Shown here piece after piece: positions 50,750-61,542 of a stretch of DNA of 64,000 bases. A program made the translations under genes and the position numbers. Position 1 is the first letter of the stretch. Every line of letters begins with the position of its first letter. The notes below the pieces were generated by a model, which was not told the DNA's origin, made no database searches, and saw only the letters and a program-made list of their open reading frames with translations. This DNA comes from an uncultured bacterium (GTDB taxonomy: Bacteria; Hydrothermota; Tepidihabitantia; Tepidihabitantales; Tepidihabitantaceae), in contig CAZPVT010000005.1 in the NCBI GenBank assembly GCA_964590395.1, forward strand, positions 182,064 to 246,063. Reading direction: 5' to 3'.

Positions 50750-52191
50750 AACTCCTCTTTCACGGGTAATATGAAACTGAAATTGGCACCTTCCCCAAAC
50801 TTTGAGTGCGCCCAAACCTTACCATGATGGAGTTCAATGATTGAACGGACAATCGCCAAACCAAGTCCGGTACCCGAACCATATGGTTCGACCCGTTCGA
50901 ATTTGCCGAATATCCGGTCAAGAAATTCCGCGGGGATCCCGGGTCCTTCGTCAGAGATCGTTACTTTGACATAAGGGGTATTGGTAAGGATACCGGGTTC
51001 GGAAAGTATCGGCGCCTCAGGATCAATCATCTCCATTTCCACCCGAATTGTGCCCGACTCCGGAGAGTATTTGATGGCATTGTCAAGCAGATTGGTAAAC
51101 ACTTCAAGCAGGCGGTCCGCGTCACCGACGGCGGGAGGTAATTTGCTCCGGATACGACGCTCAATCTTCAGATTTTTTTTCGTCAGCAGGAGGGAGAGGC
51201 TTTCCAGTGAGGTATTGAGCAACTGCGGCAAATCGACCGCCCTTAGATTCAAAACCATCTTTCCTGCTTCAATGGATGAAACTTCAATCAGATTGCTGAT
51301 CATCCAGTTGAGCCGGTTAATTTCTTCACGGGCGATTTGGAGATAGCGGCGCTGCTTTTCGTCTAGTTTGCTGGCGGCGGTTTCGGCAAGCAGTGAAAAT
51401 GCCTCTTTAATGGCGGCTAACGGGGTGCGCAGGTCATGGGAGACCATCGCCACAAAATCGGTGCCCAACTGTTTTGCCTGCTTTAGTTCTGAAAGATCGC
51501 GCAGATAGCAGAGGAGATGATAGCGGGTTGGTTGTTCAATTGGGATAATTCTGAGTTCGCATTCAATCTCCTGTCCACTGCGATGTTGAATCTTTACATC
51601 ATATTGAACCGGTGCCAAATAGTGAGCGGGCTCGTTGATGATAGGGGTGACAATTCGGCGGTCGGCAGGGTGGAGCAGACGCTCTAGTCCCATTCTTAAT
51701 AACTGAGGTGCGGTGTAACCGCTCAACTGTTCTAATCGGCGGTTAACATAGATTAACTGCTTGTTTTCAACTATGCAAATGCCCTCCGCAGCGTTTTCCA
51801 TTACCTGGCGGCTGATCCATTCCGTAATTCCAGTAGCAACAGTTTGAGTTACTGAACCAATATACCAACTGGAGTTGTTGACAGTCTTGCGCGTCAGAAT
51901 CACCGCTGCGGGAATCATCCGGCCGTCGTTGGTGATGATCGCGGTGTCGTTTAGCATACGAATAAAGTAATGGGTTGATGGTTTCCGGGTTAAGCGGGGA
52001 AGTTCAGCAGGAGGAAACAGGTCGTGCCATTTTCCCCCAATAAGTTTTTCCTCGTTATCATAACCAAGTAAACGCAACAGTGGACGATTGACAAACACGA
52101 TTTGGTCGCGGTTATTTGCAATCCAGATACCCTCCTGCAGATCGTTCAGGAAATTTAGGTCCTGGAAGAGTTGTTTAATTAGGCTTTTCAT
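50746..52191 (-). CDS. Cytoplasmic sensor histidine kinase with two PAS domains.
   Basis: No TM helices. H-box VSHDLRTPL, N-box NLLDNAIKY, G-boxes DEGPGI and GTGLGL. Confidence 0.85.
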   Translation of the reverse strand: MKSLIKQLFQDLNFLNDLQEGIWIANNRDQIVFVNRPLLRLLGYDNEEKLIGGKWHDLFPPAELPRLTRKPSTHYFIRMLNDTAIITNDGRMIPAAVILTRKTVNNSSWYIGSVTQTVATGITEWISRQVMENAAEGICIVENKQLIYVNRRLEQLSGYTAPQLLRMGLERLLHPADRRIVTPIINEPAHYLAPVQYDVKIQHRSGQEIECELRIIPIEQPTRYHLLCYLRDLSELKQAKQLGTDFVAMVSHDLRTPLAAIKEAFSLLAETAASKLDEKQRRYLQIAREEINRLNWMISNLIEVSSIEAGKMVLNLRAVDLPQLLNTSLESLSLLLTKKNLKIERRIRSKLPPAVGDADRLLEVFTNLLDNAIKYSPESGTIRVEMEMIDPEAPILSEPGILTNTPYVKVTISDEGPGIPAEFLDRIFGKFERVEPYGSGTGLGLAIVRSIIELHHGKVWAHSKFGEGANFSFILPVKEEL

Positions 52192-52433
52192 TCTTTAGTG
52201 GCCTCTTGTTACCGGTCCGGGTACTGCTACCGAATCATAAATAAAAAGTGACAAATGATACACTGACATCACCCGTACAGTAAATTTAATTAATTAAATT
52301 TTAATCAGGAAGGGTGATGTTGTCAAATCTGCGTTAAGTACTGGAAAATCGGTTTTAAGAAATCAAAATAGTGTTTGTAAAAAGCAGCTTTTCTTGACTG
52401 GATACAAAAATGATGACACACTGTATATGAAAA

Positions 52434-52769
52434 ATGAGATATTTACAGGTATATGTTACTTTTCCGGATAAAAAGACCGCGAATAAACTGATTAGAGTTC
52501 TGATAAACGAACGACTTGGCGCTTGTGGGCAGTTAATCGGACCGATAACCAGCACTTATTGGTGGCAAGGAAAGGTCAAAACTGCCGAAGAATGGCTCTG
52601 TCTAATCAAGACTAATGCCCGTATTTACCCTCAGGTGGAGAAAGTGATAAAAGCCAATCATCCCTATGAGACTCCAGAGATCATCGCGGTCCCGATTGCT
52701 GCTGGTGCGCGTGGTTATATTCGTTGGTTGGAAGAGGAGTTAAGGCCACCGGCTCTTAGCGAGGGGTAA
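52434..52769 (+). CDS. cutA: Divalent-cation tolerance protein CutA.
   Basis: …YWWQGKV… and …HPYETPEII… are characteristic of CutA1; 111 aa. Confidence 0.85.
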   Translation: MRYLQVYVTFPDKKTANKLIRVLINERLGACGQLIGPITSTYWWQGKVKTAEEWLCLIKTNARIYPQVEKVIKANHPYETPEIIAVPIAAGARGYIRWLEEELRPPALSEG

Positions 52770-52770
52770 T

Positions 52771-54363
52771 TTGCCAGTTACTAAACTGATTGCCGATCTT
52801 TATCATCCGGATCCGATTGTCCGACGTGTCACGGTTAAACAACTGGCTACCATTGACCCGCAGACCGCTGCCGGAACGATAGTTTTCCTGCTTAATGACC
52901 CAGATTCTGAGGTACGCCACCAGGTTGTTCAGAGTTTGACCACGATTGGTAAACCTGCGGTTGAGCCGTTGTTGCGCTTTCTTGCCAGCTGGGAAGGATT
53001 GCCAGATCCAACTATTGTTGAACTGTTGGGCAATTTGAATGCTAATGAGGGAGTTGAGTTTTTGTTAAAGCAGTTGTCAGCTGAGGATGCAACGGTAAGG
53101 GTAGCAATTGCCCGAGTGCTGGGTAAGATCGGGACGGGAGCGGCAGTTAAAGGGTTACTCGAGTTGTTGCGCGACTTTAATCCTGCGGTGCAGATCGTGG
53201 CGGCTGAGGCACTGGGCAATATTGGTGATCCGGAGGCGATTAATCCACTACTGGATGAGCTTAACGACGATAATCCGTCAGTGCGTCGGACAGCGGTTGA
53301 AGCGCTGGGAAAAATTGGTGACCGTAATACCGCGGCGACTTTGACGAAACTTGTTGCCGAGGATCCTTCACCTGCAGTGCGTCAGGCGGCTCAAACCGCT
53401 TTGGAGGAAATTTCGGAGCGTTCGGTGCGGCTTTTAGTCCAATCGCTGACGGCTGATGACCTAATTGAGCGAAATGCGGCATTGAATTATCTTTTAGAAG
53501 CGGGAGCAGCGGCGATCCCACCTTTAATCCGATTGCTCCAGCACCCGGTACCGGATATCCGTCGGATTGCCGTTGGAGCACTCGGTATGCTTGGGAATCC
53601 TTCTGTGATCGAGGCGATTCACCCGTTAGTTAAAGACCCCAACAGCAGCGTCCGTTTTGCCGCGGTTACTGCTCTGGGTAAGATCCATCACATCCGTGCG
53701 GCAGAGATTTTAACCCAAGCGTTAGAGGATGTGGATCCGAATATCGCTGCTGGCGCAACTAATTCTCTGGAGAAGTTGGGGGAAATTGCGGTTGAGCCGG
53801 TTTTTGCAATGTTGCGCCATCAGTCTGCAGATGTTCGGGTCCGGGCAATTGATGTGCTGGGTCGACTCAGGCATCAGGGTGCTTGCGAACGGCTCTGTCG
53901 AGGTCTTAATGACAGCTCTTCTTGGGTGCGGATCGTTTCGGCACAGGCGCTTGGTGAAATCGGTGAGCCGCAGGCGGTACCGGCTTTAATCCAGGCGCTG
54001 GATGATTCGGATAAACTGGTGCGGGCAATGGCTGCCGAGGCGTTGGGAAAGATGCGGGATTACCGTGCCAGTATGAAACTGTTAACAATGGTCAGCGATG
54101 GCAGTGAACTGGTACGTGCTAATGTCTTTATTGCTTTGGGCCGGATTGGTAACCCGGCGGCGATACCATTTCTGATTAAGGCGCTGGTAGAGCCGGAAAT
54201 AACGGTGCGACTGGCAGCGATTGAGGCACTTGCCCAGTTGCGCGCACAGTCAGCGGTGGAAAAACTGCATGCCATTGCCCGTCCCTGGCCGTGGAGTAAG
54301 GAGCCAGCTACAATCAAGGAAGCTGCACGCTGGGCGCTGATGATGATCCTAAAATCCGGGTAA
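52771..54363 (+). CDS. HEAT-repeat (PBS-lyase type) protein of about 16 tandem repeats, with a TTG start 1 nt after the cutA stop.
   Basis: Regular …VRxxAxxALGxIGdpxAvxxLixxLxDxd… units along the whole length. Confidence 0.7.
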   Translation: MPVTKLIADLYHPDPIVRRVTVKQLATIDPQTAAGTIVFLLNDPDSEVRHQVVQSLTTIGKPAVEPLLRFLASWEGLPDPTIVELLGNLNANEGVEFLLKQLSAEDATVRVAIARVLGKIGTGAAVKGLLELLRDFNPAVQIVAAEALGNIGDPEAINPLLDELNDDNPSVRRTAVEALGKIGDRNTAATLTKLVAEDPSPAVRQAAQTALEEISERSVRLLVQSLTADDLIERNAALNYLLEAGAAAIPPLIRLLQHPVPDIRRIAVGALGMLGNPSVIEAIHPLVKDPNSSVRFAAVTALGKIHHIRAAEILTQALEDVDPNIAAGATNSLEKLGEIAVEPVFAMLRHQSADVRVRAIDVLGRLRHQGACERLCRGLNDSSSWVRIVSAQALGEIGEPQAVPALIQALDDSDKLVRAMAAEALGKMRDYRASMKLLTMVSDGSELVRANVFIALGRIGNPAAIPFLIKALVEPEITVRLAAIEALAQLRAQSAVEKLHAIARPWPWSKEPATIKEAARWALMMILKSG

Positions 54364-54374
54364 GTAGCGAATTG

Positions 54375-55226
54375 TTAGTCTAATAATGCCCGAGCGTATT
54401 CCTCGGGGTTAAATGGTTCGAGATCGTTTAGTCCTTCCCCGGTGCCGATGAATTTAATTGGCAGTTCGAGTTCCATCACCACTGGTACAATCACCCCGCC
54501 CTTTGCGGTCCCATCCAATTTGGTAATAATTATCCCGCTCAATTTGAGATGCTGGTTAAAGGTCTTAGCCTGCTGAATTCCATTTTGGCCAACTGTTGCA
54601 TCCATAATCAGCCAGATTTCGTCCGGTGCACCGGGTTTGACTTTAGTGCAAACCCGTTTGATCTTCTCCACTTCTGCCATCAGGTCTTTACGCGTGTGCA
54701 GCCGACCTGCGGTGTCAATAAAGACGATATCGAAGTTTTGTTCCTGTGCTTTGCATAGCGTATCAAAAGCGACGGCTGCTGCATCTTGTCCCTTTTGGGA
54801 ACGAACGATTTCCACTTTTGCTCTTTCCGCCCAAATGGCTAACTGTTCCGCAGCCGCATCACGGTAGGTATCTCCAGCAGCAACTATTACCCTTTTCCCC
54901 AGTGAAGTGTAATAGTGGCACAGTTTGCCGATGGTGGTGGTTTTGCCAGAGCCGTTGACACCAACGACCATAATTACTTCGGGAGGGGTGTCAACGGAAG
55001 GTTTCGTTAGCAATCCGCGGCTAAGGATTTTGGCGATTTCCTGACGAAGTACGGTTGTGGGGTTACCCGCAGTGTGTTTGACAGTTTCGATCAACTGTTG
55101 AGTAGCGTTGATGCCGACATCAGCAGCAAGCAGGGTGGCGGTTAGGTCTTCGGTATTGACCCGGGGTGCTAAAGTCAGCCGGCTGAAGATGGCTCGAGTT
55201 TTAGCCAAGGTTTCGCGCAGTCCCAT
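54375..55226 (-). CDS. ftsY: Signal recognition particle receptor FtsY (NG domain only).
   Basis: GVNGSGKTTT, DTAGR and TKLDGTAKGG motifs. Confidence 0.93.
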   Translation of the reverse strand: MGLRETLAKTRAIFSRLTLAPRVNTEDLTATLLAADVGINATQQLIETVKHTAGNPTTVLRQEIAKILSRGLLTKPSVDTPPEVIMVVGVNGSGKTTTIGKLCHYYTSLGKRVIVAAGDTYRDAAAEQLAIWAERAKVEIVRSQKGQDAAAVAFDTLCKAQEQNFDIVFIDTAGRLHTRKDLMAEVEKIKRVCTKVKPGAPDEIWLIMDATVGQNGIQQAKTFNQHLKLSGIIITKLDGTAKGGVIVPVVMELELPIKFIGTGEGLNDLEPFNPEEYARALLD

Positions 55227-55229
55227 CGG

Positions 55230-58200
55230 TTAATTATCGGCCGGTGGTTGCTCAAGATTCTTTGCCCGATAATCGGCAAGGCTGACCGAGATTATTTTTG
55301 ATATTCCGGGTTGCTCAGCGGTAACACCAAAGATAAGATCAGCACGTTCCACGGTTGTCCGGTTATGGGTGATGATGATTACCTGGGTGTTTTGTGTCAA
55401 CCGTTTGAGGTAATCGGCAAACCTGCTGACATTGGCATCGTCGAGCGGCGCATCGATCTCGTCGAGGAAACAGAAGGGCGCGGGTTTGACCCGGTAAAAG
55501 GCGAAGAGGAGTGAGACCGCTAGGAGTGCTTTCTCACCGTCCGAGAGTTGTTCCAGCCTTTTTGGGTTTTTGCCACGGGGTTTGGCGATGATGGTAATTT
55601 CCCCTTCGAGCGGATCGCCATCGTTGCTCAACAGCAGATCTGCCTCTCCTTCAAGAAACAGTTCTTTAAACACCGCTTGAAAATGTTCGCGTACCTCCTG
55701 GTAGGTGGCGAGGAAGTGGTCGCGGGCATACTGGTCAATTTCTTTCAGGGACTCAGTTAAGTTCTTTTGCGCCTCCAGAACGTCATCTCGTTGAAACAGC
55801 AGTCTTTCTAGGTCTCTTTTTTCCTGTTCGTACTCCTCAAGCGCCAAAGGATTTACCTGTCCTAATACTTGGAGTCGGTTCCGTACCGCCTGCAACTTTT
55901 GGAAGTCGTCGGTTGATGGGGGAGGGACGTTGGCGGCAGTGTCGAAAACCGCAGGGCTGGCACCCACCGATTTCGCCTCTTCAATCAGCGCGCGGATTTT
56001 TGACTCAATTTCTGCTCGGGCTAACCGCTGCTGGAAAAGGTTTTCTTGGTTCTCCTTATGTAACTGGCGCAATTCCGCCAAGTTTTTTTCCAATGCTGTG
56101 CTGGCAGTGACGACATCCTGAAGGTCATAGTGGCCAAAGATAGTTTCTGCAGATTGCAGTTTTACTCGCAGGTCAGTCAGCGTGGTTTGCCGGTTTTGGA
56201 TAGCGGCGGTTATTTCCTGCCGGCGTTGTTCCAGCTCCTCCAGTGCCTGCGCAATTTCTTTGAGCCGGTGTTGCTTGCCAGTGAGCGTAGATTTAATATG
56301 TTCTGACTCAGTCTCCAGCCGCTGAACTTTTGTCCGATGCTCGGTTAATTCGGCGAGAACGGTTGCTGCCTGTTTCAGCTCCAATTTTACCCGTTGCTCG
56401 TAATCCGCAGCGAGATTTTCTATCGTCGTGAGTTCGGTTTCCACCCGCTTGATTTCATTTGCAATCCTTGACAGTTGTTGCTGTTTTTCCGTCAGTTCGG
56501 TTTCTTGGTGGTCAATGATCTCGTTTAACCTTCGGTTCTCGTTAGCCAACCGTTCTTTTTCTCTTTTTAGTTCTGCCACTAAACTGACCGTGGCAGTAAA
56601 TTTCCCTTCTTGGGCAAAGTACTGTCGTTCCTGTAACTTCAATTCACTCTCCCACTTTTCGATCTCGGTGATGATTTCGTTGCGGTGGTTTTTGATGGTC
56701 GTTTCTTGTTCAGGGAGGGTGGCGAGTTGCTGTTCGATTTCTTGATGGCGTTGTTTTAGTTCGGTGATTTCTGTTTCCCATTGGAATTTCTCTATATCCC
56801 TTCCGGCAATGACTAGGCGGGAGTCGCCGAAGTAGGCAAGCCCATCTTGGGTTACAAGCCGTGTCTGGGGGTGTTCGTTAACAATTGACATTAAGGCGGC
56901 GCGGTCTTTTACTACTTGGAATGAATGTAAAATTTGCTGAATCAGCACCGGTGTGCTTTTATCAAAAGAGACAAAATCAGCCAAGGAGCCAATTAATCGT
57001 TCGTCCCCGATCGGCACTGATTGAGGCGAATGGTCTGTTTCGGTTGGGGAAGGGAGGAGCAAACCGATAGTTTTCTCCGGCAGAGTGGTAAAGAGTGTTT
57101 CCCAACTGATTGTGTTGATGTCCGGTGGGGCGAAAAAATCGATGAGTGAATAAAGGACTGCAGCGCATGCCGGTTCCCAGTCGGGGTTGGGTTTAAGCAA
57201 CTCCCTGATGGTTTTGGTCTTTTTTCTGTCCAAAACGGCTCGGATTTTAGTTAAGTCATCTGCCGTAGTTCTACCACTTAAACGAGTGATTTCTTGATTT
57301 ATTTCGGCCCTTACTTCCTGTAGTGCCAGCCGTTTTTTACCGACTTCGGTTAACTGCTGATCGATTTTGGCTAACAGTTCTTGCCGGTCCGTTATCGTGG
57401 TGCGCAACGTTTCTATCGTTTGTTTTACTCGGTTGTTTTCCTGGGCTAATTTTTTTAAATCAATTTCAGCCTGGTCCAGTTGGTTGGTGATTCGTTTCCG
57501 TTCTTCGAGTGTCCGGTGCAGGGTGGCGCGGTTGTTGGCTAAATCTGCTTCCAGTTTGATGATACTGCTTCTCAGTTGCTGTTCTTTTTCCCAAGCCTGG
57601 CGCAGTTCATTTCTTTTGTCTTCAGCCTGTTGCTGGGTGGTAACCGTTTCTGATTCTTGGTGGCGTGTTGCGTTCTGGACATTTTCTAGTTCTTTTTGTT
57701 TTAATCTTACCGTTTCATTAGTTTCTTCTAATTGAGCGATCGCGTTGGCAAAGAGTTTTTCCAGTTCTGCGATCTCTTTTGTCAGTTGTTGCTTTTCAGC
57801 TTGCAATTCGGCTTTTTTCTTCTGTAGAAACTCCAGTTCCTGTTTTTCCATCAAATCCTTGGTTGTCAGTTCGGTAAGCATTTCCCGGTATTGATTCAAT
57901 TGCTTGAGCGCGCGCTCACGCTCGCCCTGGACTTCAAGTATTTGTGAATGAAGTTTGTTCAACTCCGCTTCCAGTTGGCGGATTTGCAGTACCTTTGCTG
58001 CTTCATCTGCCTCCTGTTCCCGAATTACTTTTTCCGTCGCAACCAGCTCCTCCTGCCAGTGGTAATAAGCCGCTTTAAGTTCTACCAGGCGCAACCGGTT
58101 CTCTTCCTCTTTGAGGCGTTGATACACGCGTAACCTTGCCGTCTGGCGTTGTAAACTCCTTACCACGCGTTCTCGTTCCGCGATGATATCCTCTAATCGG

Positions 58201-58751
58201 GTCAAATCCGCCCGCGTCAACTCGAGTTTACGTTGACAGTCTTCCTTTGCTTCCCGGAATTTTGTCAGAGTCGCAGCCTCTTCAAACAACTGACGGATGT
58301 TACCAGCAATTATCTCTCTTATCTGGCGGAGGTCAAATATCGAGTAGGTTTTAGTGCCGATGCCGGTAGAGAGAAATAGATCCTGAATATCCCGCAGTCG
58401 GCAGGGTTGACGATTGAGATAGTACTCACTTTCTCCGGAACGAAAAAACCGCCTTCGGATTTCTACTTCAGAGCCAAGTTCTGGCCGGTCTCCGGTGGCA
58501 AGGACGAGACGCACTTCGGCAAAATTCACTGGTGGAATTTGGGCAGTGCCGGCAAAGATCAGGTCCTCATTTTTGGCACAGCGCAGGACCGAAAAAGACT
58601 GTTCGCCCAAAACCCAACGCAAGGCATCAAGGACGTTAGACTTACCACAACCATTGGGCCCGATGATGCAGTTCATTCCTGGTGCAAAATGGAGTGTGGT
58701 CTTTTCCTGAAAGGATTTAAATCCCAAGAGCTGTAATTCTTTGATATACAC
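55230..58751 (-). CDS. smc: Chromosome segregation protein SMC, with a GTG start.
   Basis: 1173 aa; N-terminal Walker A GPNGCGKSN; long coiled coils; hinge; C-terminal LSGGEKAL signature with Walker B. Confidence 0.95.
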   Translation of the reverse strand: MYIKELQLLGFKSFQEKTTLHFAPGMNCIIGPNGCGKSNVLDALRWVLGEQSFSVLRCAKNEDLIFAGTAQIPPVNFAEVRLVLATGDRPELGSEVEIRRRFFRSGESEYYLNRQPCRLRDIQDLFLSTGIGTKTYSIFDLRQIREIIAGNIRQLFEEAATLTKFREAKEDCQRKLELTRADLTRLEDIIAERERVVRSLQRQTARLRVYQRLKEEENRLRLVELKAAYYHWQEELVATEKVIREQEADEAAKVLQIRQLEAELNKLHSQILEVQGERERALKQLNQYREMLTELTTKDLMEKQELEFLQKKKAELQAEKQQLTKEIAELEKLFANAIAQLEETNETVRLKQKELENVQNATRHQESETVTTQQQAEDKRNELRQAWEKEQQLRSSIIKLEADLANNRATLHRTLEERKRITNQLDQAEIDLKKLAQENNRVKQTIETLRTTITDRQELLAKIDQQLTEVGKKRLALQEVRAEINQEITRLSGRTTADDLTKIRAVLDRKKTKTIRELLKPNPDWEPACAAVLYSLIDFFAPPDINTISWETLFTTLPEKTIGLLLPSPTETDHSPQSVPIGDERLIGSLADFVSFDKSTPVLIQQILHSFQVVKDRAALMSIVNEHPQTRLVTQDGLAYFGDSRLVIAGRDIEKFQWETEITELKQRHQEIEQQLATLPEQETTIKNHRNEIITEIEKWESELKLQERQYFAQEGKFTATVSLVAELKREKERLANENRRLNEIIDHQETELTEKQQQLSRIANEIKRVETELTTIENLAADYEQRVKLELKQAATVLAELTEHRTKVQRLETESEHIKSTLTGKQHRLKEIAQALEELEQRRQEITAAIQNRQTTLTDLRVKLQSAETIFGHYDLQDVVTASTALEKNLAELRQLHKENQENLFQQRLARAEIESKIRALIEEAKSVGASPAVFDTAANVPPPSTDDFQKLQAVRNRLQVLGQVNPLALEEYEQEKRDLERLLFQRDDVLEAQKNLTESLKEIDQYARDHFLATYQEVREHFQAVFKELFLEGEADLLLSNDGDPLEGEITIIAKPRGKNPKRLEQLSDGEKALLAVSLLFAFYRVKPAPFCFLDEIDAPLDDANVSRFADYLKRLTQNTQVIIITHNRTTVERADLIFGVTAEQPGISKIISVSLADYRAKNLEQPPADN

Positions 58752-59150
58752 CTATCCTTAATGATATACGCCATTTAAGTAAGAGTCAACATTTTTTATT
58801 GCCGCAACAGTTCGGGGTTATGCAGCCGCGGTGTCTTTATTGGACTTTTGTGATTACTCCGCTTCTAACTCTTCGGGTTAGCGCCGGTCTTGTTATTACG
58901 GTCAGGGCGTTTCACAGTCTTAACCGCATCTTGGGCATTACTATAGAAATAACCCAAACCAGTGCCCGATTTAGAACTGTCTGATCAATTGCCGTCCAAA
59001 CCATAACTGCGACGCCCAACCAAATCCTGATTACCATTCCAACAGTGACTCTATTGTCAACCATAATGAGAACCGTCCCGGATACTGTGGAGGGGGAGAG
59101 TGCAAAATCCAACAGAAATTAGATTAACACCCGATATTTCAATGAGATAA

Positions 59151-59903
59151 TCAAATTTTTAATATTTCTGCTGGATCAATGGGTTTGCCCATTTTGCGGA
59201 TCTCAAAATGTAAATGAGGAGCGCTTGCTTGTCCGGTCATTCCGACTTTGCCGATAATCTGTCCTACTTTTATGGTATCTCCTTGGTTAACATTCCATTG
59301 GCTGAGGTGGCCGTAATATGTCTCATAGCCGTCACTGTGAGCGATGATTAGAAACCGGCCTAAATGGCGATCAGCCCCGCGAGCGGTAACAATACCATCA
59401 GCCGCAGCAAATACTGGGCTGTCCTTTGGTGCCGCAAGGTCAACGGCGATATGCTCCGGGCTGCTGCGTCGAGATACGACATAGTTAACAACTGGTATCA
59501 GAACCGGTATTGGATATTTGCCCCAGGGTTGGTTTTTAATCCAGTCCGGGATCGTGAATGAGTCATGGGAAGCATTTTGCCAGTCAATCGGTCTGGGAGT
59601 TAAATCCACGCCCAGAATTCGGGCAAGTTTTTCCCTTTCTGCTTCGAGATATTCCAGTCGTTCTTTAAGATAAGTGATTTTTTTGAACTCCTTTTCCAGG
59701 GTGCGGTTGCGCTGGGTCAGATAGATTAGGCGTGAGAAGCGGTACGCACCGGAGGCAATGATGCCGAAGGCAGTAAAAACAGCGAGTGCGGATAGACACA
59801 GCAGTACGAATAGAAGTCGGGCAATGCCCAGGGAAATGGTGAAACGGAGTGAGTTGGGGGTATAGTTGCCGAAAATAAAAACGGTAATTTCTTTTTTCGC
59901 CAC
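59151..59903 (-). CDS. M23 family metallopeptidase (membrane-anchored, coiled-coil, LytM domain).
   Basis: HxxxD (HIAVD) and HLHFE motifs. Immediately follows parB. Confidence 0.85.
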   Translation of the reverse strand: MAKKEITVFIFGNYTPNSLRFTISLGIARLLFVLLCLSALAVFTAFGIIASGAYRFSRLIYLTQRNRTLEKEFKKITYLKERLEYLEAEREKLARILGVDLTPRPIDWQNASHDSFTIPDWIKNQPWGKYPIPVLIPVVNYVVSRRSSPEHIAVDLAAPKDSPVFAAADGIVTARGADRHLGRFLIIAHSDGYETYYGHLSQWNVNQGDTIKVGQIIGKVGMTGQASAPHLHFEIRKMGKPIDPAEILKI

Positions 59904-60764
59904 TCAGGTTTTTTTTATAAGTTGCAATATACGATCAAGGTCTGCCAAGTTAAAGAACTCAATGGTCAGTTTACCAGGAGATTTACTGGGCGGAACAATG
60001 GTGACCTTGGTGCCTAAAAACTCTTGCAAGGATTGTTCGAGCGCGATAAGGTGCACATCTTTTTCTGTCGTGGTTGTGGACTTTTTTGATGTTGCCGGTT
60101 TTTTTTCGCTACACAATCGTTCCAAAGTTCGAACCGACAGTCCTTCGGCAATTACCCGTTCGCATAGTTCTACCTGTTCACGCCGACTGGAGAGAGCCAG
60201 CAGGGCGCGAGCGTGGCCAGAGGTGATCTGACCCGCAGCAAGGGCTTCGCGCACCCGGAATGGCAAGGAGAGTAGTCTCAATGCGTTGGTGATAGTGGAG
60301 CGGTCTTTACCTACCTTTTGGGCAATCTCGTCATGAGTTAAGTTAAATTTTTCGGCAAGAGTTTTATAGGCAAGTGCTTCGTCAATTGGGTTAAGGTCCT
60401 GGCGTTGGATGTTCTCAATCAGTGCCATCTCCAGCATTTCCCGGTCGTCAACGGAGCGGACAATAGCCGGGATAGTTTCCAGACCAGCTGCTTTAGCAGC
60501 CCGCCAGCGGCGTTCCCCCATTACCAGTTCATAGCCATCGTGGCGCCGGCGCACTACTACCGGTTGGAGAACACCTTTTTCTTTTATTGAGGTAACCAGT
60601 TCCTGAAAACGGAGGTCATTTTCTGATTCCTTAGTTAGCCGGGGTTGAAATGGGTTGGGACGAATTTCCGCAACCGGCACCAACCGGGGTTCGGCGGTAA
60701 GTATCTCCTGGGTTCTTTCCGGAATAATCGCCCGCAGTCCTTTGCCTAAAGCCTTACGACTCAT
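59904..60764 (-). CDS. parB: Chromosome partitioning protein ParB/Spo0J. The start is taken as the ATG of MSRKALGKGL; the track's 368-aa version overlaps parA and is rejected.
   Basis: ParB box …GVLQPVVVRRR…, HTH, GERRWRAAK. Confidence 0.9.
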   Translation of the reverse strand: MSRKALGKGLRAIIPERTQEILTAEPRLVPVAEIRPNPFQPRLTKESENDLRFQELVTSIKEKGVLQPVVVRRRHDGYELVMGERRWRAAKAAGLETIPAIVRSVDDREMLEMALIENIQRQDLNPIDEALAYKTLAEKFNLTHDEIAQKVGKDRSTITNALRLLSLPFRVREALAAGQITSGHARALLALSSRREQVELCERVIAEGLSVRTLERLCSEKKPATSKKSTTTTEKDVHLIALEQSLQEFLGTKVTIVPPSKSPGKLTIEFFNLADLDRILQLIKKT

Positions 60765-61542
60765 CTGCTGGTAAACTAACACGATGGCGGTTAATGATTT
60801 CCTCAACCATTGCCAGATAAGCCTGGGCGCCTGCTGACTGACCGTCATAGGCAAATATCGGTTTGCCAAAACTGGGTGCTTCTGCGAGACGGACACTGCG
60901 GGGGATGATGGTATTAAACACCTGCTCCTTGAAGAATTCCCGGACTTCCTTTTCAACCTGTTGACAGAGATTGAATCGACTGGTGAACATCGTGAGTAGT
61001 ACCCCCTCAATTTCTAAATGCGGGTTAAGACTGCTGCGAATCAGGTTAATGGTTTCTAAGAGTCGGGACATACCTTCTAGGGCGTAATATTCGGCTTGAA
61101 CCGGTATGATGACACCACGGGTGGCAACCAGGCTGTTGACGGTAAGGAGTAAAAGTGATGGTGGGCAATCAATGATGATAAAGGAGTAGTTCGGTTCGAT
61201 GAGGTTGAGTGCGCGGGCAAGGCGGAATTCCCGGTGTTCGGTATCAACCAGTTCAACTTCAGCACCGGCAAGGTTAAGTGTTGCCGGTAAAAGGTCCATC
61301 TTTTCATAGCAGTTGCGGATGATGGCGTCATCTACCCGCTGGGCTTCTAATAGCGTTTCATATACTGAGACCGAAAGGTTATTGCGGTCGATACCCAAGC
61401 CAACTGTAGCGTGTGCTTGGGGGTCCATATCCACCAGTAGCACCTTGAACTGTCGGAGTGCTAAACCAGCTGCAAGGTTGATCGCGGTGGTGGTCTTTCC
61501 GACACCACCTTTCTGATTACAGACCGCGATCCGGTGCGCCAT
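60754..61542 (-). CDS. parA: Chromosome partitioning ATPase ParA/Soj.
   Basis: Deviant Walker A CNQKGGVGKTTT. Confidence 0.9.
   Translation of the reverse strand: MAHRIAVCNQKGGVGKTTTAINLAAGLALRQFKVLLVDMDPQAHATVGLGIDRNNLSVSVYETLLEAQRVDDAIIRNCYEKMDLLPATLNLAGAEVELVDTEHREFRLARALNLIEPNYSFIIIDCPPSLLLLTVNSLVATRGVIIPVQAEYYALEGMSRLLETINLIRSSLNPHLEIEGVLLTMFTSRFNLCQQVEKEVREFFKEQVFNTIIPRSVRLAEAPSFGKPIFAYDGQSAGAQAYLAMVEEIINRHRVSLPADES

Noticed and set aside
58912-59112. 66-aa hydrophobic minus-strand ORF in the smc-M23 spacer.
   Set aside because: No ribosome-binding site and no similarity. It could be a small membrane protein, but support is too weak, so it is listed under the spacer finding instead.
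59904-61010. Long N-terminal extensions proposed by the ORF track: ParB at 368 aa, the ThiI-like protein at 425 aa, NusG from 15387, the TPR membrane protein from 31498, and the response regulator from 50815.
   Set aside because: Each extension overlaps the preceding gene or a divergent promoter region. Each has an internal Met with a ribosome-binding site where the conserved N-terminal motif begins (MSRKALGKGL, MPKALALISGGLDS, MKFFVVHTY, the TGATG-coupled MVKRK, and MSEPKKVLIVEDE).
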